Shown here one piece after another: positions 47,534-56,171 of a stretch of 64,000 nt of DNA. The DNA is taken from positions 7,189 through 71,188 of the forward strand of contig JBLFYM010000002.1 in NCBI GenBank assembly GCA_047608975.1, in the 5' to 3' direction. The position numbers and the translations under genes were made by a program. Below the pieces are notes generated by a model. It did no database searches, was not told the origin of the DNA, and saw only the letters and a list, made by a program, of their open reading frames with translations. The stretch comes from Limisphaerales bacterium (lineage in GTDB: Bacteria > Verrucomicrobiota > Verrucomicrobiia > Limisphaerales > JAYPXF01). Each line of letters opens with the position of its first letter. Within the stretch, counting starts at the first letter, position 1.

Positions 47534-49021
47534 CTTCGCAAGCTGTGCGCTTTTTGCGGCAAGGTTTCGGGTTTCGTTCGGATCCACGGAGTGATCGTAT
47601 AGCTCTGACGCGATGCGCTTTCCGGATTTCTTCTCGCGCCAACTCACGTACCGATACCGGGCGGTGCGAATGGCGCGCCCCATGTATTTCGTCCCGAATC
47701 GGGCGTACTGACTGAGTGCGATCGAGTCGCTGGGTTTGCTTGGCTTGCGAAGGACGCTGGCGAGACTCTCGCCCTCAAGATGCTGCGGGACTTCTACTTC
47801 AGTGAGTTCGCAAAGGGTGGGATACAGATCGACGAGTTCGGCGATCGCCCCGGTTCGAGCCGGTCGGATACCAGGGACTGAGATAATCATCGGAACGCGG
47901 GTGGCGATTTCGAAGTTGGTCATCTTCCCCCAGGCACTGTGCTCGCCCAGATGCCAGCCGTGATCGGACCACAGAACGATGATGGTGTTCTGATCTCGCT
48001 TGGAGCGCTCCAGTTCATCGAGCAGTTTTCCGATCTGCGTGTCCACGTAGGTCACGCAGGCCGCGTAGGCCTGCAACAGCTCGAATTGGAGTTCGCGAGT
48101 GATCGGTCCGTGATTGGGGACGCCGACGTAGCTTCGCATTTCGTATCCATTCCAATCGATGGCCTCCTGACGTGTGGGCGGGTTGGGCATGGTCAAGCCC
48201 ACCCGCCTAGCGCCGCCGACATAGCCATCGGAATTGTACCAGGCCATGATGGGTGAGGCTTTGGAGGGGGTCGGATGAGGAGCCAGCCAGGAGTCATCAG
48301 GTTGGTAAAGATCGAAGTATCGCTTGGGCGCGATGAAGGGAAGGTGGGGACGTCGATAGCCCACGGCGAGGAATAGTGGCTTGCTGTCATTCCGCGAACG
48401 CATGGTCTTGATGACCTGTTCGGTCATGCGGCCAGCGAAGAGATGGTTGTCGGGTACGTCCGGACTCTGCTTGATCGGACATGAAAATCGCTCGGCTATG
48501 ATGGTGGGCTTCTTGGGCGCTTCCGGAATGGTTACTTCCAGCATCTCTTTCTCCCGTCCCGGCGAAGGCGGCTGGGACCAATCGGATGTCACATCCCAAC
48601 CATCATGGTAGATCTTTCCGAATCCGCGCGTGTTGTAGCCACTGTTCTTCAGATGGCGGGCCATCGAAACGGCGTCGGGGCGTCGTTTCCGAAATGCTTT
48701 CACATCGCGCGAGCTGTTGCTGAAGACACCAATGGAATCCGGGCGGAGACCGGTCATCAAAGAGAGTCTTGAGGTTCCGCACTTCGCGTATTGGCAGTAG
48801 GCGTGATCGAAGACAACGCCTCGCGCGGCCAGTCGATCGATATTGGGTGTCTGTATGCGGGGGTCGCCGTAGCAGCCGAGCATAGGACGGAGATCGTCGA
48901 TGGCGATCATCAGAACGTCGGGTTTAGGGGCTGCGGAAAGCGATGAACAGATCAGCGTCAGAGCAACGATAGACGCCGTCTTTGTCGGGTTGAGAAACCT
49001 AATGAGAAATATCGTATTCAT
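47495..49021 (-). CDS. Sulfatase (iduronate-2-sulfatase/choline-sulfatase-like)
   Basis: [51 protein letters not shown]. Confidence 0.9.
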   Translation of the reverse strand: MNTIFLIRFLNPTKTASIVALTLICSSLSAAPKPDVLMIAIDDLRPMLGCYGDPRIQTPNIDRLAARGVVFDHAYCQYAKCGTSRLSLMTGLRPDSIGVFSNSSRDVKAFRKRRPDAVSMARHLKNSGYNTRGFGKIYHDGWDVTSDWSQPPSPGREKEMLEVTIPEAPKKPTIIAERFSCPIKQSPDVPDNHLFAGRMTEQVIKTMRSRNDSKPLFLAVGYRRPHLPFIAPKRYFDLYQPDDSWLAPHPTPSKASPIMAWYNSDGYVGGARRVGLTMPNPPTRQEAIDWNGYEMRSYVGVPNHGPITRELQFELLQAYAACVTYVDTQIGKLLDELERSKRDQNTIIVLWSDHGWHLGEHSAWGKMTNFEIATRVPMIISVPGIRPARTGAIAELVDLYPTLCELTEVEVPQHLEGESLASVLRKPSKPSDSIALSQYARFGTKYMGRAIRTARYRYVSWREKKSGKRIASELYDHSVDPNETRNLAAKSAQLAKSLETRLQKAFAR

Positions 49022-49118
49022 GGTTGAGATTTCAATATGGGCGTGAAAGGGAGAGTTGCATTCACTGGGGTAATGTCACAGTTTTTTGCTCACGCACGAA
49101 ACGGAAGCATAGAGTGGC

Positions 49119-49943
49119 TTGGATATGGATTGGTACTACGCGGCAGGCGACAAACAACAGGGTCCGATTGATGAGGAGACGTTTCGTCGGCTGGTCAGTG
49201 AGAAGGTGGTGAAGCCACAGACTTTGGTGTGGCGAAAGGGGATTCCAGATTGGATACCTTACTCCGAGGTGGGCGAAGCCAAGCCACGGGTGCCGGTATC
49301 AGAGCCAGTGCGTGAGTCGGTGTCAGAGCAAGAACAGGTGGAGGAGAGCGAGGAAGTCATTCTGAAATGTTACCACTGTCAGAAGTCGTTTGAACTCTCG
49401 GATCTGATTCGGTTGGATGGGAAAAACGTGTGCGAGGGCTGCAAACCGGCGTTGATCCACGAAGGTGGCCAGGACTCCGCCGACGAGCGTATCCGAAATG
49501 AGTATCTGAACCATGAGGCCTCCGTGCGTTCGGTCGGTCCGATCTATTTTATCATTGCCGCGCTCTTCATTGCCAGTGGCCTGGATTTGTTGAAAAAGGG
49601 TTCCGCAGGCGGGCTGCTGGTGCTTCTTATCGCCGCAGGTCTTCATGGATATGCTGCGGTTAAAATACGCAAGCTGGATCCGTCGGCTCGACCTTGGGTC
49701 GGTGTGCTATCGGGTCTTGTTCTGTTGGTGTTTCCAGTCGGGACAGTGATCAGTGCCTACATCCTCTATCTGGTCTTTTCGAAGAAGGGTAAGTTTGTCA
49801 TGTCCGAGGAGTACGTCGCGATTATGGAGCGTACGCCCGGGATCAGGTATCGGGCCTCAAAGGTGATTCGAGTGCTACTTTGGATTGTTCTCGGATTAAT
49901 CCTGATGGGAGCTATTGGCGCCATTCTTGGAGCCAAGGGGTAA
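49119..49943 (+). CDS. GYF_2 (DUF4339) domain membrane protein with a CxxC...CxxC segment
   Basis: WYYA...QQGP, TLVWRKG..DW; CYHC..CEGCKP; C-terminal TM helices. Confidence 0.75.
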   Translation: MDMDWYYAAGDKQQGPIDEETFRRLVSEKVVKPQTLVWRKGIPDWIPYSEVGEAKPRVPVSEPVRESVSEQEQVEESEEVILKCYHCQKSFELSDLIRLDGKNVCEGCKPALIHEGGQDSADERIRNEYLNHEASVRSVGPIYFIIAALFIASGLDLLKKGSAGGLLVLLIAAGLHGYAAVKIRKLDPSARPWVGVLSGLVLLVFPVGTVISAYILYLVFSKKGKFVMSEEYVAIMERTPGIRYRASKVIRVLLWIVLGLILMGAIGAILGAKG

Positions 49944-49948
49944 GTGTG

Positions 49949-51154
49949 ATGAACGCGTTGGTGAAATTCATTCTGATTGGGGTCATGCTCCAGAACGCCA
50001 CTGCGGCGGAACGGTTTGCTCCAAACTCTTCCGGGATCAGTTTCTTTCAGCTGCCTGGCGATACCGTGTTTTCCTCGGCAACCCGGGTGGAGGGGCGCGC
50101 GCTGGCGCACACTTCTCAATTCTTTCCCTTCGCTGACAATCATGAACTTCGTAAAGGTGCTTCAGTGGGAATGCAGACGCGGGATGTATTGCAGCGACTG
50201 AATCTCGCGCTGCGAAGTGCGGGAACCACGCTTCGTCGATGCGTCAAGCTGAACATCTACCTCGCCAAGGAAAACGATCGGGACGCGGTAAGGAACGAGG
50301 TCGCGGAATTCGTGGGCGATGCCCATCCAGCGGTGTGTTTTGTTGCCGGAAATCTGGCGTTTGCGGATGCACTTGTTGCCATGGATGCCGTTGCGGTCGC
50401 GCCGGGGAAGTCCTATTCGCCACGGCGATTAAATACTCGTTCGGCGTTGGAGTCGGGCCAACCCGGAGCACACGTCGCAGTGATGTCTGTGGGACGCCGC
50501 GTCTACGTTTCCGGTCAGGCAGTTCGCGGCACGAACACCGTGGATGCCGCGCGGAAGACGATGGCGCAGCTGGAGGGGACTTTGCACTATCTGGGCCTGA
50601 ACTGGTCGGATGTGGTGCAGGTCAAATCGTTTCTGGATCCGATCGCCGAAACCGACGCGGTGGCCCGGGCCATCTCAAAGTTCTTTGGGGAGGCAACCCC
50701 ACCTCAGGTGTTTGTCGAATGGACCTACCAGGACCGTATCGAGATCGAGCTGATTGTTGATGCGGGAGCAAGGAAACCCGGATTGCCTCGAGTCGATTAC
50801 ATCACTCCGAAGGGAATGAAGGCTTCGCCGGTGTTCTGCCGGGTAACCCGAATCAACGAGGGTCCGGTGGTGTATGTGAGTGGAATCTCAGGAGGTGGCG
50901 CGGGTATGTCGATCGCTCAGGTGTTCGCCAAATTGGAACATGTTCTGAAATTCGCGGGCAGTGACATGAGACATCTGGTCAAAGCGACCTACTACGTAAA
51001 CGACAATGAGAGCAGCAGGCAGCTCAATACGCACCGATCTAAGATCTACGATCCGGTGCGTCCGCCCGCTGCGTCCAAGGCCCCGGTGCGCAACGTGGGG
51101 GCAGCTGGAAGCAGTCTGACTCTCGACATGATTGGGGTTGCGGTCCCGGATTGA
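49949..51154 (+). CDS. Secreted protein with three tandem RidA/YjgF-like domains
   Basis: Signal peptide MNALVKFILIGVMLQNATA; repeats HTSQ/VSGQ/VSGI...VKLNIY/VKSFL/VKATYY. Confidence 0.78.
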   Translation: MNALVKFILIGVMLQNATAAERFAPNSSGISFFQLPGDTVFSSATRVEGRALAHTSQFFPFADNHELRKGASVGMQTRDVLQRLNLALRSAGTTLRRCVKLNIYLAKENDRDAVRNEVAEFVGDAHPAVCFVAGNLAFADALVAMDAVAVAPGKSYSPRRLNTRSALESGQPGAHVAVMSVGRRVYVSGQAVRGTNTVDAARKTMAQLEGTLHYLGLNWSDVVQVKSFLDPIAETDAVARAISKFFGEATPPQVFVEWTYQDRIEIELIVDAGARKPGLPRVDYITPKGMKASPVFCRVTRINEGPVVYVSGISGGGAGMSIAQVFAKLEHVLKFAGSDMRHLVKATYYVNDNESSRQLNTHRSKIYDPVRPPAASKAPVRNVGAAGSSLTLDMIGVAVPD

Positions 51155-51163
51155 GGTCGCTGC

Positions 51164-51946
51164 TCATTGCGGGTCAATTCGTGCGGCGGTGTCCTGTTTG
51201 AAGTAGTCACTGAGGACCTCATACAGTTCCGGATGGCGAGCCCGCATCTGGACGGACTTTTCGAAGAAGCACTCCACCGCGACCGCGAAGAACTCCCCTG
51301 AATTCGTCGTGCCGTAGTCGTCGAGAAGAGTTGCCTTGCGTCTCTGTGAGCGTTCGACCAGTTCGTCGTATTCGCGCTGCATGACTTCGGCCCAGCGGAC
51401 ATACTCACGTCGATCTGCCAGCGGTGGGACGCCATTCACCAGGCCGTCTCGCAGATCGAGCTTGTGTGCAAACTCGTGCAGCACAACGTTCAGCCCATCG
51501 GAGGGATTTCGGCCGCCTGCCACGGAATCTGCCCAGGAAAGAATGATGGGACCGTTCTCCCAGGCTTCTCCGAGCGAGGGCTGGGCTGATTCATGGATTA
51601 CGCCGAACTCATCAAGCTCCTGCTTTTCCATGGAAACAAACTGGCGCGGGAAGATGAGGATCGACTGCACATTGCGGAACCAGTCGTGCTCAATCCCCAG
51701 CAACAGCAGACAGGCCTGCCCGGCGATCGTCACCTTCATTTCATCGGTGACGGTCAGTCCTTTGCATCCCTCCCAATTCTTTTCGGCGACAAACACCTGA
51801 ACGAGCTCCCGGAGCATCGATTGTTCAGCTTCGTTGAGCAGGCCGAAATGCGGGACGTGTTGATTGAGTGCGGCTTGCCATGCTGACGGGAACGGTTGGT
51901 TGACGATCTTTCGGCGCCTCCGTTTCTTGAACCAAGTGAATATCAA
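51164..51946 (-). CDS. MtfA-like zinc peptidase (M90 family)
   Basis: FVAEKNWEGC.GL, IAGQACLL, GEAW, NVVLHEFAHKLD, EFFAVAVECFFE; probable TTG start at 51946. Confidence 0.88.
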   Translation of the reverse strand: MIFTWFKKRRRRKIVNQPFPSAWQAALNQHVPHFGLLNEAEQSMLRELVQVFVAEKNWEGCKGLTVTDEMKVTIAGQACLLLLGIEHDWFRNVQSILIFPRQFVSMEKQELDEFGVIHESAQPSLGEAWENGPIILSWADSVAGGRNPSDGLNVVLHEFAHKLDLRDGLVNGVPPLADRREYVRWAEVMQREYDELVERSQRRKATLLDDYGTTNSGEFFAVAVECFFEKSVQMRARHPELYEVLSDYFKQDTAARIDPQ

Positions 51947-52051
51947 AGCACGGCGAGGGTAAGCCGCCAGCCGGAGGATTGACAATCACAGCTATGGAAC
52001 CACGAATGAATCTCCGTTTGCAGGAACCAATATTTGGGCCAATATTTATGA

Positions 52052-52513
52052 GTGTCCTACATGCCCCCTGATGCTGCTCCAGATGATGAGATTTTGAGCC
52101 TGTTGCCCTACGCGCACATGCGTGGAGGGTTTCCCGTGAAACCGGAGGATATCGGCAAGGCGAAGGGGATCGCCGTGACGGCCATGGAAGAGCAGATTCA
52201 GAGACAGTTGAAGCAGCTCTACGGACAGGTTGACACTCTGGCGCGGCAGGCGCGGGAGATTCGCAAGCGCGCGGAGGTCTCCTACAAGATCTATCAATGT
52301 GAGATGAAATTCGTGCCGGCGATCGGGCACACCTACCATCTTTATGAAGAGAAAAACGGTTCACCTGCGCTCTCAATGATCGCTCCAGACGAACTCGGGC
52401 CGATGAAGAAGAAGCATCTGGCTACGGTCCGTCAACTGCACGATCACACTTGGGAAATCCTCGAAGCGGACGATTTGGTAAGAGAATTCACAAAGAAGGA
52501 AGAATCCTCTTGA
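52052..52513 (+). CDS. DUF2452-like hypothetical protein
   Basis: LPYAH.RGG, coiled segment, F.PAIGHTYHLY, LSMIAP, DHTW. Confidence 0.65.
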   Translation: MSYMPPDAAPDDEILSLLPYAHMRGGFPVKPEDIGKAKGIAVTAMEEQIQRQLKQLYGQVDTLARQAREIRKRAEVSYKIYQCEMKFVPAIGHTYHLYEEKNGSPALSMIAPDELGPMKKKHLATVRQLHDHTWEILEADDLVREFTKKEESS

Positions 52514-52549
52514 ACGAAAACTGCAATCAGGTTCAATTACCACTCTGTT

Positions 52550-52631
52550 GCGCATATGGCGGAATTGGCAGACGCGCTACCTTGAGGTGGTAGTGGGGAG
52601 ACCTGTGCAGGTTCGAGTCCTGCTATGCGCA
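52550..52631 (+). tRNA. tRNA-Leu (anticodon GAG), CCA not encoded
   Basis: Acceptor GCGCATA/TATGCGC, D-loop TGGCGGAATTGGCAGACGC, anticodon arm CTACC-TTGAGGT-GGTAG, variable arm, T-arm GCAGG-TTCGAGT-CCTGC. Confidence 0.95.
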
Positions 52632-52647
52632 ATTTCTTCGCCCCGGT

Positions 52648-53256
52648 TCACAGCAAACCTGCCACCAAGTCGGCAGCTTGAGGTCCCACCGGGGTGCCAT
52701 GAGCGGTCAATAACTGATCGAAACCGAGCGGACAGATTTCTCCCAACTGTGTCTTTAGCTCTTCTGCGTTCGGGCAGTATTTGTCGGGCAGTATTTCGAG
52801 ACCGCGTTCGGGAAGATTTACAATCGCATCACCAAGGATCGCGATTCGATTTTCGCAAAAATGAAACAGCGCTTCACCGCGTGGAGCGCCTGCGAGTGGA
52901 TGAATACGCCACGGAAACCAGTTGTCACTCGGGATGGCCTGAATTCCGGGAAGTGTCACAGCGGTTTCGGGAGTTCCCCAAATTTGGCAGTCCAATTTTT
53001 CTGCCCAGGCAACGGAATCGCGCAGGTGATTTTCATTGGTGACGACGATATACCAGTTTTCGATCCGATTGGATTGGAGGCGAAACTCATGCAGACCCTG
53101 ATCGCAGAGTGGTATCGGATCGAAGACGAATCCACGCGTATCGGTTATCAGCGCGTGTGCGGAAAGCTCGACGCGATGATGCGGCGAGTAAGATCGCCAT
53201 TGGAAAACGCCGGGGAACAGTTCAACCGCTTCGGTGGCGATCGGGAGAGGGGACAT
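52648..53256 (-). CDS. Metallo-beta-lactamase-fold-like hypothetical protein
   Basis: FDPIP, VVTNENHLRD, GEAL, LGDAIVN, LLTAHG; probable start MSPLP at 53256. Confidence 0.6.
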   Translation of the reverse strand: MSPLPIATEAVELFPGVFQWRSYSPHHRVELSAHALITDTRGFVFDPIPLCDQGLHEFRLQSNRIENWYIVVTNENHLRDSVAWAEKLDCQIWGTPETAVTLPGIQAIPSDNWFPWRIHPLAGAPRGEALFHFCENRIAILGDAIVNLPERGLEILPDKYCPNAEELKTQLGEICPLGFDQLLTAHGTPVGPQAADLVAGLL

Positions 53257-53272
53257 GTGAGGGCAGACAGGC

Positions 53273-54172
53273 TTACTTCGCTGCCGCCGCAGAGCTGGGA
53301 GTGCGAGCGGTGTCGCCCTGGTCCAGTTGCGTGATGATGCGTTGCACGCGCGCCAGATTTTTTTCGATGTGCTTGATGTAGGCGTTGGCCCCATCAGGAT
53401 AAGGTTGGGCGAGGAATTTGTATTGAGCCAGGAAGTCCCCGTCGATCTTCGGCTTCACGTAAAAGGTCCAAAACCCCACCGTCTTGCGCAAGAGCTCTTC
53501 GGCATTCTTGAACAATCCCGCTTTCGATTGCAGTCCGCCACTGTAGCGGGCGGATTCAATGAATTCATCAAAGAGAATCGGAAGTTTGTCGATGTAATCC
53601 GGGGCGGCCATCTGTCCGACGAGGTCAGCCGAGCCGAGGGAGTAGCCGATGATCTTTTCGGTGTCGGTCTGGAAAGGAATCGCGTCCACTTTTACGTTCA
53701 CTCCGGTGCAGCGGATCATCCTCGCGACGCTGCTGGCGTCCTCCGGGCTGAAGCCTTCCTCAAGCAGCATGTACTTGGCGAAGTCGGCACTGCGGCTTAC
53801 GTGAATCAGGGTGTATTTGGCACCCGTTCCCTCATTGTCCCCCCACACCTTGAGATAGCCGGTGTCGTGCAGCAGAATCGCAATGATTCCCAACTCGAAC
53901 ATCTTCTGGGGAATGACTGGCTTGAGTCCTGATTTGATCCGACCGCGGAGAATCTGGGCATGGCAAAGAGTACCCTGAAGAGTGTGTTCCAGATCGTGAT
54001 ATTTGGCATCAATGGGCTGGTAATCTCGGTAACGCCCTTCAAAGGCGGCCAACGCCCAACCAAACACGCGAGGAATGAACTCTTGGTCCGCGCGCGGAAA
54101 GAGTTCCACGTGGATCGACTGCACGACGGACTGCACAGCAGTCGCGTCCTTAGTGTCAGCCAGAGGGAACAT
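53273..54172 (-). CDS. HD-domain metal-dependent phosphohydrolase
   Basis: YHDLEHT, LLHDTGY, HVSRS, ADL.GQMA. Confidence 0.78.
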   Translation of the reverse strand: MFPLADTKDATAVQSVVQSIHVELFPRADQEFIPRVFGWALAAFEGRYRDYQPIDAKYHDLEHTLQGTLCHAQILRGRIKSGLKPVIPQKMFELGIIAILLHDTGYLKVWGDNEGTGAKYTLIHVSRSADFAKYMLLEEGFSPEDASSVARMIRCTGVNVKVDAIPFQTDTEKIIGYSLGSADLVGQMAAPDYIDKLPILFDEFIESARYSGGLQSKAGLFKNAEELLRKTVGFWTFYVKPKIDGDFLAQYKFLAQPYPDGANAYIKHIEKNLARVQRIITQLDQGDTARTPSSAAAAK

Positions 54173-54232
54173 GTCAAAACGTAACAGCGGTGGAACTTTT
54201 TGCCTACGTTTTTTTGAATACGCCCGGACACG

Positions 54233-54266
54233 ATTTCAGGGTGAGGATTACAACTCACCCTGAAAT
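54233..54266. repeat. Perfect 13-bp inverted repeat upstream of the HD gene
   Basis: ATTTCAGGGTGAG-GATTACAA-CTCACCCTGAAAT. Confidence 0.7.
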
Positions 54267-54334
54267 TTGATTCTGCGACAAATTCGGTGGAACAGAGGAC
54301 ATTGGAAACCCAACGGCTGACCAAGTGAAAAGCT

Positions 54335-54496
54335 TCAAGCCGCAAGCGCCAAACTCCAAGCACCAATCAGGCCAGCAATCACGGTTTCCCGGGGAATTCG
54401 GCGTATTCCAATGCGGTCGGCGGTAGCCCGTTGTTTCCGACTGGAGATTGGAGTTTGAAGTTTATGTGAGGCTTGAGTTTTGGAATTTGGAATTTC
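54335..54496. repeat. Degenerate heptamer (TTGRARY-like) tandem repeats in inverted orientation
   Basis: CAAGCCG CAAGCGC CAAACTC CAAGCAC on the left; TTGGAGT TTGAAGT ... TTGGAAT TTGGAAT on the right. Confidence 0.55.
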
Positions 54497-54565
54497 CTCA
54501 GAACCTGTCATGCCACTGGAAACGTCGAAGAACCCGAAATTTGATCTGGAGGCGGCGATGTACAT

Positions 54566-54594
54566 AAAAACCCCGGGCTAATTCCCCGGGTTTT
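54566..54594 (-). terminator. Intrinsic terminator after the beta-barrel gene
   Basis: AAAAACCCCGGG-N6-CCCCGGGTTTT imperfect hairpin with T-runs on both sides. Confidence 0.65.
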
Positions 54595-54617
54595 GGTTAG
54601 CCGATTCGCCAAGGTGA

Positions 54618-56147
54618 TCAAAAAGCGTAGTTCACACCACCGCCCACACTGAGCATATCGTTCAGATCGAGATCGGAGGAATGACCTGCGGCAGCGTTCC
54701 TCACGGAGCCCAGATTCTGATATTGAATCGAGGCTTCAGCAGACCAGTGGTCGGAGAGACGCACGCGCAGGTTGAACTTCAACTGGCCACCCACCAACAC
54801 ATCGAAGTTGCTGTTGGATCCGCTGCGACTGACGGCGAGAGGACTGCCGTTCACGGCTGGGCCAGCGATCGTGAGCGAGTCGCTGAATTTGTAATCGGTA
54901 TCAGCCAGAACTATACCAATGCCGCCGCTCAAAATCGCGACGACGCGTCGGTGAAGTGGGAATTCGATGAATGGTCCCAGGCGGAAGGCGTAGAGTTTAC
55001 CATCCAAGTCATGCCGGAAGTTGCCGGTTGCACCACGTGCCGACACAGTGCGTCCAACGGGCACGTCGTCGATGGTTGGCCCTGCGACTGCAAATGACGC
55101 GCCATGATTGGCCCCTGGACCAGGACCACCGCCGGTGGTGGTGAACTCATCCTGAACTACAGTCGCCGTGCCGGCGAACGCACCCGGATCGTCGAAATCG
55201 ACGTTTTGGATACCGAACCCACCGATGAGTCCCACATTGAGTCGGGTCCGCTCAGTGACCCGGATTTGCCCGAGAACTTCCTCGTATGAGACTTCAACGC
55301 CGGGTTGAACCTTGTCGGTGTCTCGAAAATGGAGATCGGGTCCTGAGGCTGAGTGAAAGAAGATCTGATTGCCGAATCCACCCGGAGGGGCCTGCGCAGC
55401 AGTGTCATAATTGAATAACCATGTCGTTCCGGCCGCGCCGCCGCTGTCAATGCGGACGAAGCCATTGTCGTATTGACGGTTTTGCAAACCGGCAACCGCG
55501 GATCCGATATTGTCGAAAGCGGTATTGGAGTTCTTAAAATCGGCAGTGACGTTGAATGCGAACGTCGCGTTCACCGACAGGCGTCCCCGGCGGTCAGTCC
55601 ACGCCACGCGCTCAATATCTGTTCGTCGATGGTAGGTCGAACCGTAGCTGGTGGTGGTTTGAGCCGGCGGGGGAGTGGTCGCAGTCTGTTGCCATTCTGT
55701 CCTCTCGGTGGTGACGGTTTCCTCGGCACCCGCGCTGTAGAGATAGTTGTGGTGACCCAGGATGATTGAGGATCGTACCACCGGGCCGCTGAATGATTCA
55801 GTTCGAACGGTGTGGGTTGGAGTTTCACTCTTCCATACCTGCGCGCCGGTGATCACTGGCGTCTGAAGGTGGGTGTTTACGTGAGTGTCAAGATGCGCGT
55901 TGTGCGGAGTGGTGTAGCGGGTCTCCGACGTGGTGGTACGAACGTTCCCGGCACCGCCTAACGAGTTGGTCGAAAGACCATAGGTTTGGGTGGTCCACGC
56001 CTCGTTATGATAGCTGCCACGAGGGTCGGTTTGCGCCTGGGCTTCTCCCGGTCGGTGGATTTGCGCGGCCCAATCGGCGGCCATTGCGCCGCTTGCGGCC
56101 GACATGCCGAGCAGGCAAAGGACTTCGTTCCAAATTCGGTTCTTCAT
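54618..56147 (-). CDS. Probable outer-membrane beta-barrel protein with a Thr-rich N-terminal extension
   Basis: Signal peptide, alternating amphipathic strands, C-terminal GGGVNYAF (terminal Phe); probable start MKNRIW at 56147. Confidence 0.65.
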   Translation of the reverse strand: MKNRIWNEVLCLLGMSAASGAMAADWAAQIHRPGEAQAQTDPRGSYHNEAWTTQTYGLSTNSLGGAGNVRTTTSETRYTTPHNAHLDTHVNTHLQTPVITGAQVWKSETPTHTVRTESFSGPVVRSSIILGHHNYLYSAGAEETVTTERTEWQQTATTPPPAQTTTSYGSTYHRRTDIERVAWTDRRGRLSVNATFAFNVTADFKNSNTAFDNIGSAVAGLQNRQYDNGFVRIDSGGAAGTTWLFNYDTAAQAPPGGFGNQIFFHSASGPDLHFRDTDKVQPGVEVSYEEVLGQIRVTERTRLNVGLIGGFGIQNVDFDDPGAFAGTATVVQDEFTTTGGGPGPGANHGASFAVAGPTIDDVPVGRTVSARGATGNFRHDLDGKLYAFRLGPFIEFPLHRRVVAILSGGIGIVLADTDYKFSDSLTIAGPAVNGSPLAVSRSGSNSNFDVLVGGQLKFNLRVRLSDHWSAEASIQYQNLGSVRNAAAGHSSDLDLNDMLSVGGGVNYAF

Positions 56148-56171
56148 GAATCTTTCCAACTGCTTGTGGGT

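Noticed and set aside
52550-52700. tRNA-Leu as an integration site for an island
   Set aside because: No integrase is adjacent and I saw no duplicated tRNA 3' end in the window.
52548-53042. 164-aa ORF
   Set aside because: It overlaps tRNA-Leu and is antisense to a better-supported gene.
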